Origin: a virus
Taxonomy: Duplodnaviria; Caudoviricetes
Direction: 5' to 3' (one strand)
Virus record (IMG/VR): IMGVR_UViG_3300017987_005501
Length of the DNA stretch: 64,000 bases
A model generated the notes under the pieces. That model saw only the letters and a program-made list of their open reading frames with translations, was not told where the DNA came from and searched no databases. The translations under genes and the position numbers were made by a program. Below, one piece after another: positions 19,801 to 28,225 of this stretch (position 1 is its first letter; every line of letters begins with the position of its first letter).

Positions 19801-21145
19801 TATAATCTAAAACGTTATAGCCCGTTACGCTATAAGTATCATAGGCCCCATCCGTTGGTCGGACCCGATATAAATCATCGACCCTTTGAATTGAGGATAT
19901 ATCAGGGGATAACTCAGGAACATCTAATCGAACAATCCAATTTACTCCACTTACAAAAGTAAAAGAAGCTGGTACCTGTCTATAATAATCCACGGAAACA
20001 GAATCCGTTTTTTGCAAACCAATAGTTATATTTAAAGGATTCGTGTCATCCAAAGTCGCTCTATAAGTTGACCCAATTGTTATATCTGCTCCAGATAAAT
20101 CATAAAAAGTATTATATGGGGGTGGGACAGAGACTGAATCGTTTCTTATGGCAGTTATATTATCAAAATCATTGTTTACAGCAATAAAGTAGTCATCGGC
20201 ATCTATTACGACTGCCGTATAGTCGATATCAGAATATTCTGTTGTATCAACTAGAATCTCGGGCATTTCCCAACCAAGGTAGAATCCACCATAATAGGGG
20301 ATAGCAGAAGTGATAACTGGGGCTGGCACATCCAAAGGGTTATCGGTTGAAACATTTATAACGTCCTGATATTCGCTATAAAGGGGATTTGGGTCAGTGT
20401 TGAATGTTCTTACGGAATAAATAAACGGAGAATCCGCCGGAACAGGGTTAACGAAGTAGTTAAAGGTAAAATAAGGGACAGCGGCTACGACGGCATTATT
20501 AATTGCAATCTCGTATCCCAAAATTCTTTCTGTCGGTGTGTTTGATGGTGGATCCCAGCGCAGCAAAACCCCACGCATAAAAGAAGAGGCCGTAAGATTT
20601 TCGGGAGGCTCTGGTGGCACAGGGTCGTCGTTTCTTGTCGTATCCGGGGTTAATTCTTGTTTGGGACATTCAACCCCAACAAAGTTTAGAACTGGCCATT
20701 GAAAAGTTTCATTTAATAATTTCTTTCCTATCGCTACTGCTTGTTTAATAAGCCCGGAAGGGTTTAAAACTTGTAAGTCTAGAGTTATTTGGTCTAACAA
20801 ATTCTTAATATTTTTAGCAGCTTCCGCTATGCTGCCACAAGACTCTTCATCCCCATTACACTTAAAAACCGTATCTAATTGGTTTAAAGCTTCTGAGAAG
20901 TTATTAAAGTCCAATGCTTTGTCCTTGTAATCCCTAAAACTATCTTTTAATGCGTTGAGATCCCCATCTAGTTCTGCAGATAAGTCCGCCCAGGATTGCT
21001 TAAAAACGTCGGAAGTTTCTCCTAATTTAATAGGAGATAATTTCATTAAAAACTCTGATACACAATCTGGGAGGCCTAAATCGACATCGCAAATACTTTT
21101 GCCGTCGATAGTTATTGCATCGCCTGGAATTGCTAGGTTTGCCAT
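16829..21145 (-). CDS. Large virion structural protein with FN3 domain and repeated beta modules (1438 aa)
   Basis: PEPPENLTASSFMRGVLLRWDPP...ILGYEI...YSVRTFN is an FN3 signature; directly downstream of the spike. Confidence 0.7.
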   Translation of the reverse strand: MANLAIPGDAITIDGKSICDVDLGLPDCVSEFLMKLSPIKLGETSDVFKQSWADLSAELDGDLNALKDSFRDYKDKALDFNNFSEALNQLDTVFKCNGDEESCGSIAEAAKNIKNLLDQITLDLQVLNPSGLIKQAVAIGKKLLNETFQWPVLNFVGVECPKQELTPDTTRNDDPVPPEPPENLTASSFMRGVLLRWDPPSNTPTERILGYEIAINNAVVAAVPYFTFNYFVNPVPADSPFIYSVRTFNTDPNPLYSEYQDVINVSTDNPLDVPAPVITSAIPYYGGFYLGWEMPEILVDTTEYSDIDYTAVVIDADDYFIAVNNDFDNITAIRNDSVSVPPPYNTFYDLSGADITIGSTYRATLDDTNPLNITIGLQKTDSVSVDYYRQVPASFTFVSGVNWIVRLDVPELSPDISSIQRVDDLYRVRPTDGAYDTYSVTGYNVLDYNSFQIEAASGFAGYDVQIKLNPQIQTFSSFPGDNVEVTFDGLGAQVATLINSQQLILGVANFQVTEVPNITEIKNLTRSNIYNLNGMVSQTNQNANIGANLSDTLLCNCKVRRKVDHINPLTWTLTTLNTTFSTVSGIYNATKDAYYSLSGASFIKGSTLIKIDPTTPKNQIIGMRDDDLIRVKSDDVTQATFNLDATESNDFDWRLDIKNYELGTTGFIEELYSIQNIDRGGQTYNLTNATWTDNYIILNQSDGLNSEIGIDPRDRLKAEYKWRRFFNIVGYEIWLNESGLPLQYYNRVGLVNNNLEIGSRASIQGNTQELFKVDSTNDTFNVFCNGISETVTLEHGTDLSALDISADIIGKTNELGATVSSGYLVLTCKNLIPRNPLGSGTGLPTVSGVDPCVQAGTCLINDQLEIIDGNAVTYFGFTPDTVSTGISFENGIPLSIAILAVDNDGKRTPLTLSGPNITTLTPSAPIFNIYNTSTISYQPGFIYNSACGDPKNIVCYDSPEYAWALRFDLQSPNRELIAFDEAIKASVDDATSYEVSIPVALTDFNDILTVGRIDTITGAYSQYDLTNASISISSEGRTIIDLDENITLNQLIGMTAVSIIGVQTDDSYSYSSGAGLILRIPLPAAQPTPEISISAGSELITSSESQSFYGTDPYVKLADITAEVQNFDSSEIIGNTELKTFTLRASFQATSEEGVSSISLLPRAVRNTYFFPVTQSFTLLRGDTGPNQLGVYEAIQTVSFRPRDVYLYSTIIAVNPLGSVPVPGYFGNRDLLEITLDSGTILRDGQFDPTNPLDYKDSWTYTLSRVPSVLEFEIYETHLATNIVVVDITNAGGLGISPGDTIRIKASADNFDLPITDLFNPSRGYVVTTSTNTAPSSVISYSLNDNLIPVYLTSEALRINPTYPTRPQDTFNIPGINAFDYNQLYASSDMNIGYIDDQNWIVTAQIRNQLLNPLLQIFVEGRNSIGEEILGEENYQIT

Positions 21146-21168
21146 ATCTTCATCCTAATCTAAATTTT

Positions 21169-24069
21169 TTATCCTAGAATAACCCGCCCACCATCAACTG
21201 TTGCCTTGGCAGACCCACCAGTTACTTCTGCAGTAGTGCTATTTACTGTTAACCCGGCATCGTTATTCAACACAAGTTTTATATCTCCTGAAGCTCCCAA
21301 TTCAAGTTTCGATCTATTAAATCTTCGACTGCTATCCGCATCGTCGAAAGCATCTTCAAAAGAAGAAGAATCGCTCCCTGTTTTAATTAAGATATCATCT
21401 GTTGTCGCAACTATCCTTTTTCCTAAAACAACTAATGTATCCTTACCATTTTGCCCAATAAAAACTCTACGTTGTGGGGTCGAGCCATTAGGTCCAACTT
21501 TAGTTGAAGCCGTAGTTGAAGCCGTAACAGTTTCATCTTCATAATTTTTAACGTGCTGGGTGAAAACCCCGTCAACCTCCCAATAAACGTTTCCTATATT
21601 TCTTCTATATTCATCTCCATGCACCACAATATTAACATTTCCAAATATCTCTAGGTCTAGGGCTGCTTCGTCGAATGGATTTCCAGCAACATCCATTTGG
21701 GCCAAGCGTTCGTACTCTTGAACTCTATCGTTGTTATCCTTATATTTCCCCGTACTTGCTAAGCTTGTATTTGCTAAAGCATCTGGTTGGCCAAGGCGCA
21801 TCTTTGCACCTTTTTTAGTGTAAACGCAAAGAGAATTTCCAAAGGTTCTGTCAACGTCTCCCGCCCCTTGGGAATTATCAGGATTATTTTCTCCAATAGG
21901 TTCAAGCTCGTTTCCTAATTCAAAAGACCCTTCTGTGAAAATAGTAACTGACCTGTGGGAAATATTATCTTTGCCAATAAAAGGCATAATAATAGCGCCA
22001 TCGGTAGCAAATTCTAAGGATGTATTGCCCCCTCTGTAGACTAAGCCGCCGGGCTGATTGAACATCCGGTTTGTAATCGAGCCATTTGGGTCATTATAAA
22101 GTATTTCCTCCCCTGCCTCGACAATAATTTCATTTCCTTCCGAGTCTTCTCCTTTTTCCACCTTAACCCGATAGGTATCTTCACCATCTCCAGCACTTCC
22201 TAAGTGAATAAAATGTCTCCCATCACTTCTATATTCCATAGATAAATGATCTTTAACATTTTTTCCTTGAATAATCCTTCCCTTTCCTTCAATTTTAAGG
22301 TTAAAGCTATTGTTTGTTCCAATAGCTTGAGGATTATTGCTCTCACCTGCGGGGAAATCGCTGCCAATCGTACCATAGATCATTCCATATGTTTGAAGGA
22401 GCAGAGAAATCCTTCGAGAGAAATCTCTTCCTAAAATTAATTTAGACCCACCTTCTACATTTCCTTCTATAGACCACCCCTGGAGCTTCTCGGGACCGTT
22501 ATCTGTTGTATCTGCAAACGAAACCCCAGCCCCGTAAAGTGGCCCTGCCCCTTGATACCCAGGAGATTTCCTAGCTGTTATTCCCTCAGAATCGGATGCT
22601 TTTAACTCTCCGTATTTCGAATCAGAGGCAGCTATATTAAATAGGATATTTCCGGTTTTAAGTATATCAAAACGCGTATAAGAAGGTTCTTGTTCGGGGT
22701 TATAAATTAAATTGGTTGTTTTAATTTGCCCACCCCAATAATAGGAGTCAATATTCCAGGATAAAGCTTCTTCAATTCCTTCGCTATCAATATCGAATAC
22801 AGGTGGATTAATCCCACCCTTTACTTCATCAGCTGCTCGGTCAACAATTGTCCCATTTAAAGGAAAGCTTAAGTGTAACGTAGAAGCATATCGTTCTTCA
22901 ACTATTTGTTTTGCTGCGAGCTTTGCTTCTAAATTAGTCAATTCTGCATAGGATTCTTCTGCATATAAATCTGAGGTAGTATAAGGGTCCGATCGCCTAT
23001 GGGAGGAATATGGGGTTAAGAAGAGATCGTCAATTAAGACTCTTCCATATAAAATGCTGCTAGGATCATTGCTGATTAGTGTTCCATAGTTCCTCACGAA
23101 GAAAGTTGGGCTTTCTTCTTCGTTCTCCACGTCAAAATCTAAAAGATCTTCATCGACATCAATTATTCCGTTATGTAACTCAACCATTTCTAAACGGTTT
23201 TCTGTAAACGCTAGAGGGGGTACTTCTTTCGCACTTGTTGCTGGAGAAGTAACGGGCGCCTCCCAAAATCCTGGGGGAGTATCCTGAGCTGTTAATGTTC
23301 CAATATAATCTCTTTGTTGCTTATCTAGGGTAGCTTCATTCTCCAGGGAAGCTTCATCTTCATTTGCCTTATTTAAGGTGACTATATATTGGAATTTTCC
23401 ATCAGGCAAAACCATTGCATGGTTTTTTCTTAAGGTGTTTAATTCTGTTGTTATCTGTGCGGGATCTATTTCTTCGTCGCTCTTTTTTAACGATTTAAGC
23501 CATGCTTCTTCATCATTCCTAACAACCAAACCTTTTATTGCTTTATATCCCGCAGCACGTGTAGTATTAATTAAACTATTTGTTCTAATAGATTGATCGG
23601 CTGCTCTGAGTTCAATTTCGTTTAGCCGTTGGTTACTTAAGGAAATATCGTCGCTAACATAAATACTTCCTCCCTGAGATGCCTCGACAAGGGCATCTCC
23701 TGGATATAGTTTTCTTCCTCGTTTTGTTCTAATAAGAGGCTGGTTTCCAATATATAAATCTTCCTCTTGTGCAAAAGTATCGAACCCGTCAGTCGTTGCT
23801 ATTGGTTGAAAATGGTTATATTTATCTAGGGATTGCGCAATATAAGTTATAATTCTTGGGCTACTATCAACTTCATCATCGACCCACCCCAATAAGGCTT
23901 GAGACCCTTCTTCTGGCATTACGCCAACCATTGCTCGGCTACCAACATAACCAAAAGATAGTGGAACTTTAGTAAAGGTCTGGGCCTCCGACTCCGCGTA
24001 GATATCGCAAAGGTATTGTTCTTCGTCTACGAATACGATTCTACCGATTGCTAGTTTTTTAAATGTCAT
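21169..24069 (-). CDS. Baseplate central spike (gp5/gpV/VgrG-like, OB-fold N-terminus)
   Basis: GRIVFVD...KVPLSFGYVGSRAMVGVMPEEGSQALLG OB-fold; beta-helix-like C-terminus ending TVDGGRVILG; follows the hub. Confidence 0.75.
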   Translation of the reverse strand: MTFKKLAIGRIVFVDEEQYLCDIYAESEAQTFTKVPLSFGYVGSRAMVGVMPEEGSQALLGWVDDEVDSSPRIITYIAQSLDKYNHFQPIATTDGFDTFAQEEDLYIGNQPLIRTKRGRKLYPGDALVEASQGGSIYVSDDISLSNQRLNEIELRAADQSIRTNSLINTTRAAGYKAIKGLVVRNDEEAWLKSLKKSDEEIDPAQITTELNTLRKNHAMVLPDGKFQYIVTLNKANEDEASLENEATLDKQQRDYIGTLTAQDTPPGFWEAPVTSPATSAKEVPPLAFTENRLEMVELHNGIIDVDEDLLDFDVENEEESPTFFVRNYGTLISNDPSSILYGRVLIDDLFLTPYSSHRRSDPYTTSDLYAEESYAELTNLEAKLAAKQIVEERYASTLHLSFPLNGTIVDRAADEVKGGINPPVFDIDSEGIEEALSWNIDSYYWGGQIKTTNLIYNPEQEPSYTRFDILKTGNILFNIAASDSKYGELKASDSEGITARKSPGYQGAGPLYGAGVSFADTTDNGPEKLQGWSIEGNVEGGSKLILGRDFSRRISLLLQTYGMIYGTIGSDFPAGESNNPQAIGTNNSFNLKIEGKGRIIQGKNVKDHLSMEYRSDGRHFIHLGSAGDGEDTYRVKVEKGEDSEGNEIIVEAGEEILYNDPNGSITNRMFNQPGGLVYRGGNTSLEFATDGAIIMPFIGKDNISHRSVTIFTEGSFELGNELEPIGENNPDNSQGAGDVDRTFGNSLCVYTKKGAKMRLGQPDALANTSLASTGKYKDNNDRVQEYERLAQMDVAGNPFDEAALDLEIFGNVNIVVHGDEYRRNIGNVYWEVDGVFTQHVKNYEDETVTASTTASTKVGPNGSTPQRRVFIGQNGKDTLVVLGKRIVATTDDILIKTGSDSSSFEDAFDDADSSRRFNRSKLELGASGDIKLVLNNDAGLTVNSTTAEVTGGSAKATVDGGRVILG

Positions 24070-24077
24070 TTCAAACC

Positions 24078-26624
24078 TTAAATATCATTTACAAAGGCAG
24101 AAGATCCTAGGTTACAAGAGCAACTGCTTGATTGTTTTGTACTAAGCATTTCAGATAACGGAATTTCAATCCCCTGTTTAGCTGCTTCGATCCAACCACT
24201 AAGCCTTCCGGCTGGGTACTTATCATCCCCCAACGTAGCTACTCGCTGATCTAAGTTAAGGTCAACATTATAAACTCCGGCCCCCATTCCACCATGTAAG
24301 CCTTTAGATGCTGTTGCTAGCAAAAACCTTCCAAGGTTTTGGACACTAACTTGTTTTAATTGTTCTTTAATAAAGGCGATAATATCCTCTAGAGATTCAA
24401 ATTCAGGAGGAACAGAAACGGTCCCATCCTCTTCCAAGGATAAGCCTCTTCCATACCCGAAAAAGCCAAATACCTCATATCCATTACTGTCCGAAACAGG
24501 AATAAGCCAAGCATTTTCACCTGGGTTTACTTCTTGGGGGTTTCCATCAGAATCCCTGGTATAACCGTAAGAACTTAATTGGTTAATTCCTACTGTTGGA
24601 AACGAAGCATGAAAGTCTGACTCCGCGGAGGGCCGGGCAGGTACCCCGTCATTTCCAGCTTGTACTAAATCCCAATATCCAAAGTCCATTGGCCATCCTG
24701 CCGTATTTCCGGCAAGCGACTGAATAAATCTTTTAAGAGGATTAACCCCTACATCATTATTCGAGCTTGCAGAATCCAATAATTCAGCGAAAGTTGTAGT
24801 TAATCTTTCTCTAGGGGATTCTCCAACATCTGCCGCACGGCCACTTAATCTTGGGGTAGGCTCATCTTGGTTAGGCTTAAATATATAAAATAAATTTGGA
24901 ATTCCTTCTGCAGGGTTAGTATCTGTCCCGGCACCCCTTCCCTGACTAGTTCTTGCGAACCGCTCAATAATTTTTCTTCTGCCTGCCTCTAATTCCAAAG
25001 TTGTTTTAAACGTTCCCCCATAATTATACGAATGGCTTACCTTCCGTACATAATAAAATGCGTCGTGAGGCTCATAATAAATTGGATAGCCTAATTGAAT
25101 TTCAGACCTTCCAATAATTGTAATGCTACCCCCTACATAATTTCTATTATGCCTCTCTAAGTTGAAAGCTGCCTGGTACCTACACATCTCGGGGCTATTA
25201 ATATCCGAGCGGGTATTATTAAAACTTGGCTTAAACCCATATTGTTTTAATAATTTAACATCAAAAACATAGCCTTGTGGGCGGGCATCAGTTGAATCCT
25301 TAGTTGCGCCGTTAACGCCGTAAGCCGTTAAAACAGAAGATTCTTGAACTCTAATATTTTCTGAGAAAACTTCCTCCGCCTTAATGACTTGAACCCTATT
25401 TCTTGATACATCAAGATTCCAGAAGGGAGGCTTAAGAACTAGCGTTCCATCCATGTCCTGGTAGAATTCGTAATTAACAAGTTTTTGAAAATAATGAATT
25501 GTTTCTAAAAGGTTTTTGTTAAGATGAAGTTTAGTAGATTCATATTCTGTTGGGAATTCTGGTCCATTTCCCCTCTTAGGGTTTAGTTTAGTTAATACAT
25601 TTTCAATAAAGTCTTGATTAAAAAAGTATTTGAAAGAAGGAATATTTGTAGGGACTCCAAAAGGGTATGAACTGAGTCTTGTGGGGAATTGGAATGCTTG
25701 GTTTCTTGCTGCCTGCCCTTGTCTTGCGGAGTTAAAAAATTCGCGAGCTTCCGCCCATTCATTTTCAACGTTTTGCGCATCCCCTGCTTCCCCCTCACCT
25801 AAAACCCTAAACGAAGCTCCTTTTCTTCCAAATATTTGTAATTTTGATACTACGTCGTCGAAACTAATTCGCCATTTCCAAAGATTCTCCGAAACTTGCA
25901 TATTTCGATTATAGCTTTCAATCATATCTGGAAATGTTATTTTTGCGTCTTCCTTGAAAGCTACGTTACCAATAAAAAACCTATAAATTAAATATTGAAT
26001 CACTTGGATTGGGTTAGGAGCCCCGTTTGCCGTATCTAGGACTTCTTCACTAATAATATTGCTAAAAATAGGTTCATACCCTTTATCCCCTCCGGGGAGA
26101 ACCAAACCAGTTATTGTTCCTCTTGCAAGCTTTAGCCACCTTAAATTGTCTTCTGCATGGATTACGATTCTTCTATCCCTTGGGTCGTCCGAGGGATCAA
26201 TTTTAGTGACACAACCAAAAAATACGGGGTAGTATCTAAAAGCAATATTTCCAGTTAAAAAGGAAGGGGCGCGGCTTAAAAGTTTTCCGATAAAACCAAC
26301 TCCACCCTCCCTTGGGAAATATCCTTTCATCCAAATTTGTATTTTTTGCATTGGAGAAAATACGCATACCCCGTTTTTGTAGAAAGGATGGGGACTATGA
26401 ATAGGGTTTCGCAAAGTAACCGTAGCAGTTGCTGGGGTTGGCATTAATCCGTCATCACCAGCTCCAACTTCATTGTTTACTTGAACATCATAAATATATT
26501 CATTAAAATTAGCCCGAGCTTCGCAATTGTTACAATATTGAACAGTAGGTTCTCCGTCAATATAGACCAATACGTCGGGTGCTACTGTTATAACTCGTTT
26601 TTGCGTTTGATCAAAAAGAGACAT
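24078..26624 (-). CDS. Baseplate hub protein (gp27/gpD-like)
   Basis: YPVFFGCVTKI, YEFYQDMDGTLVLKPP, GSITIIGRSEIQLGYPIY...YYVRKVSHSY...TTLEL hub motifs. Confidence 0.8.
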   Translation of the reverse strand: MSLFDQTQKRVITVAPDVLVYIDGEPTVQYCNNCEARANFNEYIYDVQVNNEVGAGDDGLMPTPATATVTLRNPIHSPHPFYKNGVCVFSPMQKIQIWMKGYFPREGGVGFIGKLLSRAPSFLTGNIAFRYYPVFFGCVTKIDPSDDPRDRRIVIHAEDNLRWLKLARGTITGLVLPGGDKGYEPIFSNIISEEVLDTANGAPNPIQVIQYLIYRFFIGNVAFKEDAKITFPDMIESYNRNMQVSENLWKWRISFDDVVSKLQIFGRKGASFRVLGEGEAGDAQNVENEWAEAREFFNSARQGQAARNQAFQFPTRLSSYPFGVPTNIPSFKYFFNQDFIENVLTKLNPKRGNGPEFPTEYESTKLHLNKNLLETIHYFQKLVNYEFYQDMDGTLVLKPPFWNLDVSRNRVQVIKAEEVFSENIRVQESSVLTAYGVNGATKDSTDARPQGYVFDVKLLKQYGFKPSFNNTRSDINSPEMCRYQAAFNLERHNRNYVGGSITIIGRSEIQLGYPIYYEPHDAFYYVRKVSHSYNYGGTFKTTLELEAGRRKIIERFARTSQGRGAGTDTNPAEGIPNLFYIFKPNQDEPTPRLSGRAADVGESPRERLTTTFAELLDSASSNNDVGVNPLKRFIQSLAGNTAGWPMDFGYWDLVQAGNDGVPARPSAESDFHASFPTVGINQLSSYGYTRDSDGNPQEVNPGENAWLIPVSDSNGYEVFGFFGYGRGLSLEEDGTVSVPPEFESLEDIIAFIKEQLKQVSVQNLGRFLLATASKGLHGGMGAGVYNVDLNLDQRVATLGDDKYPAGRLSGWIEAAKQGIEIPLSEMLSTKQSSSCSCNLGSSAFVNDI

Positions 26625-26625
26625 A

Positions 26626-27549
26626 TTAAACTGTTCCCAAAGTTGCTGTTAAGTTAGTTAGGAGAGGGAATGGAATATTAGCAGCATCAGCAGCATAACT
26701 TCTAAGCCTAGACCTAACTGTAAATTGGAAGTTATATCTTAATCTAAAAGGATTGCTTGCGTCCTCCCCAAGGCTAAAGTTTCTGAAACTTCCAATATAA
26801 AATACCCCGTCATAAAAAATTGTAACTGCACCCACAACAGATATCGTATTTTTTGCGTATTGTAAATAGTCACAACCGTTATTTCTATATATAAGATAAA
26901 GAGACATAAGATTCTGGAACCCAAGAGATTGAGTTCTCTTCATTCGGGTAATTCCAGCTTCCTTAGTATAAAGCCCTGTTGAAGTTCCAGTCGCAGTAAT
27001 ATCGGCTAAGTTATTTCCTAAATATTCAGTAACAACCCCACCCTTTGCTTGATATTGTTCAAAATCCTTTGGATAGTTAAACCTGATTTCTCTAGGATTT
27101 ACTAATAAGGTAAGAGGAGGAACGAATACTTGCCGCAAAGCAGCTTGCTGCAGCCCAGATAAGCCTGTTGGGATGTAAGAAATCTTACCTGAATCTTGAA
27201 GTTGCTCAACACTTCTTCCGCCACCCTGAGTTACATTCTGGATCCCCCTAATATTTGTAACCCCTGCAGCAGCCGCAACCCCATAGGAAAGGGGATTCAA
27301 ATTTCTATGTATATTTAGATAAAAGGACATCGGGGTGAATTGATTTAACTCAGCCGCAGACCAGCCAGGGTCTGGATCTGTTACAGTTCCTGCTAAGGGG
27401 ATAATAAGTGGGGTTACATTATTAGGCAAAGGTATCCCAATAGCTAGGCGGCTCATTAAGCCTCCTGTATTTAATGCAGCCTCGAAGCCTCTACTTAAAA
27501 AGTTAGCCGAGGATTGAAAAGCACTATTTGCTGCTTGGAAAAGTCCCAT
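26626..27549 (-). CDS. Tail tube initiator/centrepiece (gp48/gp54-like)
   Basis: LLVNPREIRFNY...GGVVTEYLGNNLADITATG...YIGSFRNFSLGEDASNPFRLRYNFQF tube-fold pattern; paralog of 27557..28225. Confidence 0.65.
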   Translation of the reverse strand: MGLFQAANSAFQSSANFLSRGFEAALNTGGLMSRLAIGIPLPNNVTPLIIPLAGTVTDPDPGWSAAELNQFTPMSFYLNIHRNLNPLSYGVAAAAGVTNIRGIQNVTQGGGRSVEQLQDSGKISYIPTGLSGLQQAALRQVFVPPLTLLVNPREIRFNYPKDFEQYQAKGGVVTEYLGNNLADITATGTSTGLYTKEAGITRMKRTQSLGFQNLMSLYLIYRNNGCDYLQYAKNTISVVGAVTIFYDGVFYIGSFRNFSLGEDASNPFRLRYNFQFTVRSRLRSYAADAANIPFPLLTNLTATLGTV

Positions 27550-27556
27550 TGTTCTC

Positions 27557-28225
27557 CTAAAACGTTATGAATAAATGTAATGTCTTTTCAACTGTAAAAG
27601 ACCAGTCAATTTGAAACCTGTAGGGTCTTTCTGCCGATTCTGTTACATTAAAGGAATTAAAGTATCCAGTAAAAATTCCAAAATCATTAATTAAACGTAG
27701 CCCGGAAAAAGCAGAAACCCGTCCGTTAGCATCGCTATAAATAGCTCCATTGTTTTTATATAGGCTAAGAAGTCTTTCGTAAAGGATATAGGAGAAAGTT
27801 ACCCTCCTATCAATTCCTTCAGACATTCCCGCTTCTAAATTAATAAAACCCCCAGTACTTCCTCTAGCCGAAATAATATCTAACTCATCCCCCCAATGAT
27901 ATTCAACCCACCCCGCTAATGTTTGAACAGTTTGAATCTTTTTTCTATAAGTATAGTCAATACTCTCAGGGGGAACTTCTAAAACGAGAGGAAGTTTATC
28001 CAAAACACTAAGCAAGGTATTAAATGCTTGAGGAATATTTGAAGGTAGCTCGTTATAAGGAGGAACTGTCACATTAACCGGGATAAACATGAAAGGCCAC
28101 CTAAACGGTGGAAAATCCGACTCGTTAGAAGGCAATAAAGTTAATCCTCTTTTCAAAGATTTAACTTTTATTTCATTCTGTATTTTTTGGTCTGCGTTAA
28201 CGTCTGTTCTATCATTATAAGCCAT
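27557..28225 (-). CDS. Tail tube initiator/centrepiece (gp48/gp54-like), second paralog
   Basis: LEVPPESIDYTY...AGWVEYHWGDELDIISARG...FTGYFNSFNVTESAERPYRFQIDWSF; directly after the tape measure. Confidence 0.65.
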   Translation of the reverse strand: MAYNDRTDVNADQKIQNEIKVKSLKRGLTLLPSNESDFPPFRWPFMFIPVNVTVPPYNELPSNIPQAFNTLLSVLDKLPLVLEVPPESIDYTYRKKIQTVQTLAGWVEYHWGDELDIISARGSTGGFINLEAGMSEGIDRRVTFSYILYERLLSLYKNNGAIYSDANGRVSAFSGLRLINDFGIFTGYFNSFNVTESAERPYRFQIDWSFTVEKTLHLFITF

